Positions 56,341 through 64,000 of a stretch of 64,000 nt of DNA are shown here, piece by piece. The notes under the pieces were generated by a model, which was not told the DNA's origin, did not search any database, and saw only the letters and a program-made list of their open reading frames with translations. Source of the DNA: Candidatus Obscuribacteraceae bacterium (GTDB taxonomy: Bacteria > Cyanobacteriota > Vampirovibrionia > Obscuribacterales > Obscuribacteraceae). The DNA lies in NCBI GenBank assembly GCA_044226015.1, contig JBGAHS010000009.1, positions 224,001 to 288,000 of the forward strand, read 5' to 3'. Made by a program: the position numbers and the translations under genes. Within the stretch, counting starts at the first letter, position 1; each line of letters starts with the position of its first letter.

Positions 56341-59300
56341 AACTGGCGTGTGGAGAGTTGCACTAGCCCCGGAAGAACCAATGTCGACCGAGATTGATCC
56401 CGTGTCGCTCGGTGAACCAGATGCGCTTGAGTGTCCACCGCTTGTTGTTGGTTTGGTGTGGTCGCTTGGTTTGGTAGCATCGCTTGCAGTGGTGCCGGTA
56501 GCCGGAGCTGTTGTAGCATCGCTTGCAGTGGTGCCGGTAGCCGGAGCTGTTGTAGCATCGCTTGCAGTGGTGCCGGTAGCCGGAGCTGTTGTAGCATCGC
56601 TTGCAGTGGTGCCGGTAGCCGGAGCTGTTGTAGCATCGCTTGCAGTGGTGCCGGTAGCCGGAGCTGTTGTAGCATCGCTTGGTGGTGCCGGTAGCCCGGA
56701 GCTGTTGTAGCATCGCTTGCAGTGGTGCCGGTAGCCGGAGCGGTTGTAGCATCGCTTGCAGTGGTGCCGGTAGCTGGAGCTGTTGTAGCATCGCTTGCAG
56801 TGGTGCCGGTAGCCGGAGCGGTTGTAGCATCGCTTGCAGTGGTGCCGGTAGCCGGAGCGGTTGTAGCATCGCTTGCAGTGGTGCCGGTAGCCGGAGTTGT
56901 TGTATCGCTTGAAGTGGTGCTGGTAGCCGGAGCTGTTGTAGCATCGCTTGCAGTGCCGGTAGCCGGAGTTGTTGTAGCATCGCTTGCAGTGGTGCCGGTA
57001 GCCGGAGCTGTTGTAGCATCGCTTGCAGGAGTTGCGGTGCTTGAATCGATTGTGCTACTTGTAGATGGCGCTGTGCTTGCATCACTCGCGACAGAAGTAG
57101 CATCCATTGCAGCACTATCAACTACCGCCGCTTTCTCAAGGCTTGGCGATGCGGACTGCGTAGATGGTGCAGCATCAGCACTATCAGGTGCGTCCTGCTG
57201 TGCAGTCGAATTCAAAGCTACTGCATCCTGAGCCGATGCATCACTAACACTATTTTTTGCAAGTGTTTGAGATTTTGAGCTTCCACCATTCACACTGGAG
57301 GATGATGGATCCGTTGTCGATGAAGCGACCTGATTGCTTGTCGGATCTGTATTGATTGACGAGTTTGCGCTGGACACGTCTTGAGTGCCATTGCTAGCAC
57401 TGCTGGCAGTGTTGCTTGTGCTCGTGGTGGCATTAGGGTCGTTAGAAGATTTTGCTAAAGTCGCATTTGCATTAGCTGGGTTCGCTTGAGCGTTGGGATC
57501 GTTTGCCGCATTAGGAGCGTTATTGACCTGATTTGGCTCATTGTTTTGTCCGCCCTTCTTGGCACTGCCGCCCCCACCAGAGCCACCTTTGCTGCTGGCA
57601 CCACCGCCAGCGGTTGCTGATTGTTTCTTTTCATCCAGAGGTTCGGCAGAGCGAGGACCTTTATCGCTGGAGCGCACTGGATCGAGCGTCATGTTACCCC
57701 TTGTTCCTTGAACATTCAGGGTCATCGCCTTGTCAGTTAGTGTGCTGGAGCGTTCGCGTTCAACCATCAACATTTTTGGTGGCAGAGCGATTTGATTACC
57801 GCGAGAACCCTGCTCAATCAGAACCTGTTTGTTTGCAGCATCTGCTGCACCCATCATCTGATGTTTCTGAGCCTGTTGATGCTCGAATGCCATGCTGGTG
57901 ATAGGCATGGCGCTTAGCGCCATCAAATCTTTGCTAGACAAGTCGCGTTGGTTCTGCCAGAAATTCTGAGCAGAATTGGTACTCGATTCTCTGTTTGAAC
58001 GGTTATTGCCGCTGAACTCGTCATGGGCTTTTCCTACGTGAGTGCCACGAGTGTCTAAAGACTGTGGAACTGCAAGATCTGATTTGTAATTGGCGCCAGA
58101 ATCTTTAACAGAGCCAGGCTCGAAGCGTTGAGATTCTGTATGTACTTTCTTGTCGGGGTCAAAATTCCCCCATTCATTTTTCAATGCAGCTGAATTGTTA
58201 CCTGTTAGTTTTTCTGCAAGGTTCAATCCAAGAGTAGCTTGCTCCATTGCTCTGAGCCCTTGTTCAGCACGTGCTTGTGCAGCCATCGCCTTTTCTGAAA
58301 GGTAAGATGAAGCTTCTTCACCCTTTCCAGAGAGCGATGTTCTCATGAAATCCATCTTTTCAGACTGGAATCCTTTTCCGCCTAATTGACCTTCACCAGA
58401 AGCCTTGAAGTCATTGGCGAACCTCGTTTCGCCTCCCGGGTGGAAGCTGTGTTCTTGTCCAACGTGTGATTTTCCACCATCATGCTCGATGCCGTGGAAT
58501 TCATGGGCGCTGACTTTGCCTTCGATCGCGGCCGATTTGTCGAATTTAGCGTCACCGCCTCTGGTATCAGCGCCGTGAGCCTCACCCTTTCCTTCGCTCT
58601 TAACATCACCCTTGATGTCGCCTTTTGCTTCTCCTTTGGCTTCTCCTTTTCCTTCGTTTTTCGAGTCAGCTTTCGCATTCGCGTCGCCCTTGATTTCGCT
58701 TCCACTTCCGTTGTGGTTGTCGCCAGCGCCACCTTTATCTGTTCCTCCTTTCTCAGCACCCTTAGGCTCACTGAAGTGTCTATCGCTACCTATTTCACTA
58801 GCAACATTTGATTTCTCAAGAGCAAGTTCGTTTTTGTTTACTTTTGCACCATCTTGAGCTGCTGGTAGCGAACCTCTTGCACCGCTTTCACCTGGATTTC
58901 CTGCAATTTCTGTTGAAGGAGTTTTTGAGCCTTTTAGGTCGGTAGCAACAGAGCTATCATTAGCAGCCAGTTTCTGTTCGGCGGCAGTTGAATTGTGTTC
59001 TGCATTGTTTACGGAGCCTCCGTCGGCTTTAGCGGAGGGGTTTTCTGCCTTAGCTGGAGAGTCGGACGCTCCAGGCGCTGCTGCCTTCTCTAGGGAGACC
59101 GGTGGTGTAGTGCTTGGGCTAGCGTTTGAACCCGTTGGTGGATTTGGCGCTAGAGTTGTCGAAGCTGCCGGTGCTTTTGGCGTGTTGTCGGATGCTGTGG
59201 TGCTGCCCGTCGAACCGTCAGCAGGGTTAGCCTTGGAAGGTTCTGTCGTTTTGAGAGTTTGATTGGCATTTCCTGCATCGGATGCCGCCGGTGTGCGTCC

Positions 59301-62300
59301 ATCGGATGGAGCTGGAGGCGTTTTTCCATCGCTTCCGGCTTGTCCGTTTTGGTTCGCCTGATTGTTCACTGGTTCGTGTGCTGTCGAGGCATTGTCGGAT
59401 GCACCCGAGTTAGGTTTGCCACCGTTGTTGTTATTGTTGTTATTTGCGTTGTTGTTATTTGCGTTTTCGTTGTTGTTATTGTTGAGTAACTCAGATCCTT
59501 TTTCTTGAGCCTTCGTTATCTCAGTCTTTGCGTCCTTATACTGATTCTCTAGGTTCGTCTTATTTGCATCAGCATTTGTGGCAGCTTGCGCGGCAGTTCC
59601 AGGCTGAGTGTCCTTGAATTGATTATACTTTTCGGTATTTACCTGGTCAGAAGTCTTCGCAGCCGTCTCTTGCTCTTTTACATGAGCGTCGGTTTGAGAC
59701 TTTTGATTCAAATTCGCGGCATCTCGTGCTTCAGCTTCAACTCTTTGCGCTTCAGTCGCCTTAACGTCCTTATCAATATTTTCAGCTTTGGTGTGATTCT
59801 CTTTGATTTGTTGTACTTGAGCATCCGCTGCATTCTTGTCAGCTGTTGCGTCTACCTTTGTGGTGGTTTCGCCAGCCTTTTGTTGATTGGCATTTTCTGT
59901 GGAAGCATTTACGTTTTCTTGCTGATTGCTTGCGGCATCTCTGGAAAGATCCGAATTTCTGTGTGCAACGTTTGCCTCATTTTTCTCATTAGTAGTGTTT
60001 CTGGACTGAGCATAAATTCCAGTGACGTTAGTGTTTGCAACAGTCGCTTTGGCTTTTGCTTCGTCTATCGACAGAGCTTGCCCGCCAGCACTTTCGGTCT
60101 TTGTAATACTACCGTTGGCACCATAGGTGTATGTAGTACTGTCGAGTACCTTTCCTTTGCTATCTGTATCTGTGATTTTTGAGGCTCTTCCAGCTGTGTA
60201 ATCTGTTTGGGTTTTTGTTCCATCGCTGTTATAGCGAGTATCAGACTTGATCGTACCGTCGCTGTTAAAGGATGATGATGATACCGCGTTGCCATCAGCT
60301 CCAAAGGAAGTCAGTTTGCTGATGTTTCCGTTAGCATCATATTCACTGTTTTGCACACGCTTTCCTGATGCGTCAAACTGATTCATCGTTGAAGTGCCAT
60401 CAGCTTTGGTGTAAGTGGCATTTTTCAGTGTCTTTCCATCTTCACGGTATACTTCTACAGAACTGCTACCGTCGGGGTTGAACTTAGAGAGCGAATCAAG
60501 CGTTTGTTTACCCGATTCATCAATACTGGATTTCGATACCACATAGTTTCCATTTGCATCTTCGTACGTTGTGGTTACACCAGTCGGCTTTTCACCGTCT
60601 TTGATCGGTAGACCGTTAGCTCCGGTGTAAACTGTAGTTGAATCTGCTTCCAATCCAAGAATGTCGGATTGTTTGCTCGACAGCACTGTTCCATCTTTTC
60701 CAAAATTAGTGGTGTTTGAGTGGAAGTCGTTATCGTAAGTGGTGACTGATTTGGAACCATCAGAATTGTAGGTGGTCTCTTTGCCTTCTAATCCGTCAAA
60801 GTGGCTTTCGTAAGACAAAACATCCTTACCTTCGCTATCTTTGATGTGATTGCCATTTTCATCAAGGGCATAGGATTTGCTGTCACTTACTCCATCTTTT
60901 TCAGTTTTCTCAGAGGCGAGTACAGGGTTGTTTTGGCTATCCTTTACTACTTTTCCAGACTCATCGAGAGAGTATGTTTGACTCTTACTTGTGCCGTCAG
61001 CGCTTACTGTCGTTTCGGAAGCAACAACTTTATTGCCTCCATCCAACACAACTTGACCCTTGCTGTCGAGCGAGTAATTTTTTGTATTGCTTGAGCCGTC
61101 CTTATTGACCGTAGTTTCAGAACTCACTACTGGTTGATTGGAAGAGTCTTTTACTGTCTGTCCAGTTTTGTCTATTTCATAAGTCTTGCTGGAGCCTGAG
61201 CCGTCTGCATTGGTAGTTCCTTCACGGGCTACAATGTTATTTCCGCTGGAGTCTTTGACGTTGTTGCCCGAAGAGTCTATCGAGTAAGAAACACTCTTGA
61301 CTGACCCACCCGCATCGAATGTGTCAACCTTCGAAATTCCGCCGGCTGACGTTTTGTATGTATCGGTGCCGGAACCATCCTCTTTGAAAACAGAGACTCG
61401 TGTTTCTTTTCCATTTGAATCGTAGTATGTGTCTGTTCCTGAGACGCCATCTGCACCGAATGTACTCTTCTTGGTGATTTTTCCGTTTGCATCAGTGATT
61501 GTTTCTGTGCCTGCAGAGTTTTGCAAGTTGTCGTAAGTCTTGACCGAGGTTGAACCATTATCCAGTTTTGTGGTGATGGTCTCCTGACCCTCAGCTGTAA
61601 CGATATCTTTGACTCTCTCGTTTCCGTTCTTATCATAGGTGATACTGGACGATGAATTGTCATTGTTCTTTTGAATAACCGTGGTCTCGCCATCGGCAGA
61701 ATAATATTTGCTTGTGACCCCCTTGTCGGTGAAGTCATTTTGCTGGAATATCTTGCCGCTGGCATCTTTGTAGTCCTGGTGGCTTATGTTGTCGCTTCCA
61801 GGAGGATTGAATGTATTTTCCGTTGTTCCCAAAACAGTTCTTCCATCAAGATCGTAGATGGTTGAATTTGATTTGCTACCGTCTGCAGAAAACTCGGTTG
61901 ACTTCATGAGTTTACCGGCGGAGTCGTAATCGTTGCGCGACTTTAAGACGCCGTTTTCAGAGACAGTAGTGTCCATAATGACACCTTTATCGTCATAGTC
62001 GGTTTTGGTTTCTTTTTGACCTTCTTTTGTAGTCTCTGTGACCTTGTTGCCGTCTTTGTTGTACTGAGTGATGGACTGACCGCCGTTGCCAGTGTTGAAC
62101 TGGGTGACCGTTTTGCCGCCACTGGTGTCATATTCTGTTAGCTTATCGGGCGTTCCGTTCTTACCGAAAGTGGCTTCGCTAACGAGTTCTCCTTTTGCAT
62201 TGTAGTTCTTTTCGCCGTATGAACCGTCGTCAGCTTCGGTGGACTTGGTCATGCTACCAACAATGTTGTCGTTTGCATCCTTGTAAGTCTTTGTGAACGA

Positions 62301-64000
62301 ACCATCGGCTTCGAATTTTACGGTTTCTTTTGTGCCATCTTTGTTTGTATAGGTCGCATCAATTTCTTTTCCGTCTTTGTCGAAATTTTCTACTGACGTC
62401 TCTTTGCCAGTAGTGGTATCGTATCTGGTGACGGTGCTGGCTTTTCCGTCTGTAACTGTTGTCTTCTCTGCGAGCTTGCCGTTGGCATCTAGCCTGCTTA
62501 ATGAGCCGCTGCCGTCTGGATTGGTTACCGTAACAGTTTTGCCACCATCAGTGTTGTAGGCGGTGTTGGTTTTGACCCCGTCCTTGATGACAGTCTCGTC
62601 TTTGAGAGTGCTGCCATCTGCCTGATAGTTCTTTATGTTTGTTACGTTGCCGTCTTTATCTAGTGTGCTTTCGGTAGTCTTTGTCTTTCCATCAGGACCA
62701 AAGTCCGTGATGGTTTTATTGCCGGTTTTCTCATCGATAGTTTCAGTTTGTGTTTTCACACCATCTTTGTTGAAGTTATCGATGGTAGGTGGTTGAGTAT
62801 TTATGTCTGTAGTCTTCGTGCCGTCTTCAAATGTTGAACCTGAAACTGGATTTCCGCTGGGGTCGAAGTGCGTTGTTGATTCTGGTTTGCCGGTAGTGGG
62901 ATCGATTTTTGTTTCATCGATGCTCTTATCCTTATTCAGAGTGGCTGTGTCGATTGTATTTCCATTAGCATCTTTGGCTACTGAGCTGATGCTGCCGTCC
63001 GGGTTGTAGGTGGATGCCGTCGGTGGCTGAGTGGTGCTCGTATCGATTGCTTTGCCGGTCGAGTCGAAGTGTGTTGTGTCGGTAGGTTGGCCGTCTTTGC
63101 TATTCGTCAGTGTGCCGCTGCCGTCAGCGTTTTCTTGGACTTTGGTATTTGCTGTTTCGAGAGACTTGCTACCGTCAGCATTGACATTGACGTCTTGAGT
63201 GACATTGCCCTGACCGTCGTATGATTTCACGTTTAGATCGCCGTTAGCGTTCTGCTCGGCAGTTGTTTCCGGAACGTTATTCTTGTAAGAAGCTGCCTCT
63301 GTTGAGTTCTTTGAATAGTCAATTGAGCTAACTAGCTTGTCGTTTTCGAAACTGTTCTTGCTTAGAACTTTTCCTGCATCATCAGTGTTTGTGACGGATC
63401 TTAGCTTGCCTGCTCCATCGAACGAACTGGTGTAGTTTGTACCATCAGGGTTCTTGCCTGATTGCTCAGTGACCTTGCCCATCGCGTCAATTTTAGTGGT
63501 GCTGTTCACTTTTCCAGCGTCGTCAAACTGCTGTACTGTCTTGCTTCCATCCTTAGCGATTTCTGCAGAACTTTGTATAGATTGACCGTCGCCTTTGAAA
63601 GTTGTGACCTTCATAGAACTGTCAGTATTATAGTTTGTGGTATCAGTGGCGACACCATTCTTGTCGTAGTTGGTTACAGAAGCCGTCGTACCATCACTGT
63701 TGTAGCTCGTCTTGTTAACAGGCTGAGTGCCCTGAGCATTGTAATTGGTGAGTGACGTTGGTGTTACGCCGTCATTCGAAAACTCTGTCTTCGACTGCTT
63801 GCTGCCATCTTCTCTGTGATCGACAAGTGACTCCGCCGATCCATCTTTGCGGAAATTGGTTATGGTGTCTGGTGTCTTTCCGTCTGCCTTGAAATCGGTT
63901 TCGGATTGTGGATTTCCTTCCTTATCGAATTCTGTTTTCGCAATTACGGTATCCCCATCACTTGCGTAATGAGTTTCGGTCTGAGGAACCATGTCCTTTG
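56331..64000 (-). CDS. N-terminal/central portion of the same giant protein (beta-hairpin T-x-Y-x-x-D-G repeats, coiled coil, low complexity); runs off the window and is frameshifted at ~56681-56697
   Basis: 2,553-aa ORF still open at the window edge; translation changes from ASDATTAPATGTT to out-of-frame AMLQQLRLPAPLQ exactly at the aberrant repeat unit. Confidence 0.85.
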   Translation of the reverse strand, partial: KDMVPQTETHYASDGDTVIAKTEFDKEGNPQSETDFKADGKTPDTITNFRKDGSAESLVDHREDGSKQSKTEFSNDGVTPTSLTNYNAQGTQPVNKTSYNSDGTTASVTNYDKNGVATDTTNYNTDSSMKVTTFKGDGQSIQSSAEIAKDGSKTVQQFDDAGKVNSTTKIDAMGKVTEQSGKNPDGTNYTSSFDGAGKLRSVTNTDDAGKVLSKNSFENDKLVSSIDYSKNSTEAASYKNNVPETTAEQNANGDLNVKSYDGQGNVTQDVNVNADGSKSLETANTKVQENADGSGTLTNSKDGQPTDTTHFDSTGKAIDTSTTQPPTASTYNPDGSISSVAKDANGNTIDTATLNKDKSIDETKIDPTTGKPESTTHFDPSGNPVSGSTFEDGTKTTDINTQPPTIDNFNKDGVKTQTETIDEKTGNKTITDFGPDGKTKTTESTLDKDGNVTNIKNYQADGSTLKDETVIKDGVKTNTAYNTDGGKTVTVTNPDGSGSLSRLDANGKLAEKTTVTDGKASTVTRYDTTTGKETSVENFDKDGKEIDATYTNKDGTKETVKFEADGSFTKTYKDANDNIVGSMTKSTEADDGSYGEKNYNAKGELVSEATFGKNGTPDKLTEYDTSGGKTVTQFNTGNGGQSITQYNKDGNKVTETTKEGQKETKTDYDDKGVIMDTTVSENGVLKSRNDYDSAGKLMKSTEFSADGSKSNSTIYDLDGRTVLGTTENTFNPPGSDNISHQDYKDASGKIFQQNDFTDKGVTSKYYSADGETTVIQKNNDNSSSSITYDKNGNERVKDIVTAEGQETITTKLDNGSTSVKTYDNLQNSAGTETITDANGKITKKSTFGADGVSGTDTYYDSNGKETRVSVFKEDGSGTDTYKTSAGGISKVDTFDAGGSVKSVSYSIDSSGNNVKDSSGNNIVAREGTTNADGSGSSKTYEIDKTGQTVKDSSNQPVVSSETTVNKDGSSNTKNYSLDSKGQVVLDGGNKVVASETTVSADGTSKSQTYSLDESGKVVKDSQNNPVLASEKTEKDGVSDSKSYALDENGNHIKDSEGKDVLSYESHFDGLEGKETTYNSDGSKSVTTYDNDFHSNTTNFGKDGTVLSSKQSDILGLEADSTTVYTGANGLPIKDGEKPTGVTTTYEDANGNYVVSKSSIDESGKQTLDSLSKFNPDGSSSVEVYREDGKTLKNATYTKADGTSTMNQFDASGKRVQNSEYDANGNISKLTSFGADGNAVSSSSFNSDGTIKSDTRYNSDGTKTQTDYTAGRASKITDTDSKGKVLDSTTYTYGANGSITKTESAGGQALSIDEAKAKATVANTNVTGIYAQSRNTTNEKNEANVAHRNSDLSRDAASNQQENVNASTENANQQKAGETTTKVDATADKNAADAQVQQIKENHTKAENIDKDVKATEAQRVEAEARDAANLNQKSQTDAHVKEQETAAKTSDQVNTEKYNQFKDTQPGTAAQAATNADANKTNLENQYKDAKTEITKAQEKGSELLNNNNNENANNNNANNNNNNNGGKPNSGASDNASTAHEPVNNQANQNGQAGSDGKTPPAPSDGRTPAASDAGNANQTLKTTEPSKANPADGSTGSTTASDNTPKAPAASTTLAPNPPTGSNASPSTTPPVSLEKAAAPGASDSPAKAENPSAKADGGSVNNAEHNSTAAEQKLAANDSSVATDLKGSKTPSTEIAGNPGESGARGSLPAAQDGAKVNKNELALEKSNVASEIGSDRHFSEPKGAEKGGTDKGGAGDNHNGSGSEIKGDANAKADSKNEGKGEAKGEAKGDIKGDVKSEGKGEAHGADTRGGDAKFDKSAAIEGKVSAHEFHGIEHDGGKSHVGQEHSFHPGGETRFANDFKASGEGQLGGKGFQSEKMDFMRTSLSGKGEEASSYLSEKAMAAQARAEQGLRAMEQATLGLNLAEKLTGNNSAALKNEWGNFDPDKKVHTESQRFEPGSVKDSGANYKSDLAVPQSLDTRGTHVGKAHDEFSGNNRSNRESSTNSAQNFWQNQRDLSSKDLMALSAMPITSMAFEHQQAQKHQMMGAADAANKQVLIEQGSRGNQIALPPKMLMVERERSSTLTDKAMTLNVQGTRGNMTLDPVRSSDKGPRSAEPLDEKKQSATAGGGASSKGGSGGGGSAKKGGQNNEPNQVNNAPNAANDPNAQANPANANATLAKSSNDPNATTSTSNTASSASNGTQDVSSANSSINTDPTSNQVASSTTDPSSSSVNGGSSKSQTLAKNSVSDASAQDAVALNSTAQQDAPDSADAAPSTQSASPSLEKAAVVDSAAMDATSVASDASTAPSTSSTIDSSTATPASDATTAPATGTTASDATTTPATGTASDATTAPATSTTSSDTTTPATGTTASDATTAPATGTTASDATTAPATGTTASDATTAPATGTTASDATTAPATGTTASDATTAPGYRHHQAMLQQLRLPAPLQAMLQQLRLPAPLQAMLQQLRLPAPLQAMLQQLRLPAPLQAMLQQLRLPAPLQAMLPNQATTPNQQQAVDTQAHLVHRATRDQSRSTLVLPGLVQLSTRQLWT
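56474..57028. repeat. 39-bp coding tandem repeat, 14 full units plus a partial unit (encodes ASDATTAPATGTT)
   Basis: Unit GTAGCATCGCTTGCAGTGGTGCCGGTAGCCGGAGCTGTT; two units are 36 bp (in frame) and one is 38 bp (56669-56706). Confidence 0.95.
59424..59484. repeat. Poly-Asn (AAC/AAT) coding microsatellite
   Basis: Encodes NNNNNENANNNNANNNNNNN within the giant protein. Confidence 0.8.

Noticed and set aside
56474..57028. 39-bp repeats as a CRISPR array
   Set aside because: Units are directly adjacent with no unique spacers, the length is a multiple of three, they encode a peptide repeat, and no cas genes are present.
56321..57231. Repeat-derived ORFs (AMLQQLRLPAPLQ, VASLAVVPVAGA, CCSIACSGAGSRS)
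   Set aside because: They are alternative-frame and antisense readings of a stop-free tandem repeat.
809..63755. Numerous 60-220-aa ORFs nested in or antisense to long genes
   Set aside because: They lack motifs and lie within well-supported CDSs; treated as shadow ORFs.
60080..64000. Classical RHS/YD toxin
   Set aside because: The repeats are YD-like, but no RHS core terminus or C-terminal toxin/immunity pair follows.

Overview
Chromosomal window with no integrase, transposase, relaxase, phage or CRISPR features. The cyanobacteria-like EF-Tu motif ([17 protein letters not shown]) and the gene repertoire suggest a non-photosynthetic cyanobacterial relative (Melainabacteria/Obscuribacterales-like); this is inference, not a database result. 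The left half holds housekeeping and accessory genes: an SPFH plus NAD-kinase-like operon with an NrtR-type operator, a PHB-depolymerase-like esterase, a Ser/Thr kinase with a DsrE-like tail, tRNA-His, feoB with Fur-like boxes, an M16 protease, a LysM protein, DinG, an HD-like membrane protein, a double TetR, Usp, Pit, GT9, TPR proteins, tRNA-Thr/Tyr/Thr, tuf, rlmB and selA. The most unusual part is 37-64 kb. It has three tandem FtsK-HerA-superfamily ATPases: two paralogous membrane-anchored VirD4/TraD-like proteins with N-terminal Zn ribbons, and one HerA/DUF87-like protein. No conjugation genes accompany them. They are flanked by a divergent coiled-coil gene and by a giant repetitive protein (>3,900 aa) that is split by a net -1 indel inside a 39-bp tandem repeat. 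The giant protein ends in LysM domains plus a ~90-aa C-terminal domain that is clearly homologous to the C-terminus of an otherwise unrelated 1,199-aa protein at 23.6-27.2 kb. Together these suggest, as a hypothesis, a lineage-specific protein export or surface-display system with a C-terminal sorting domain.
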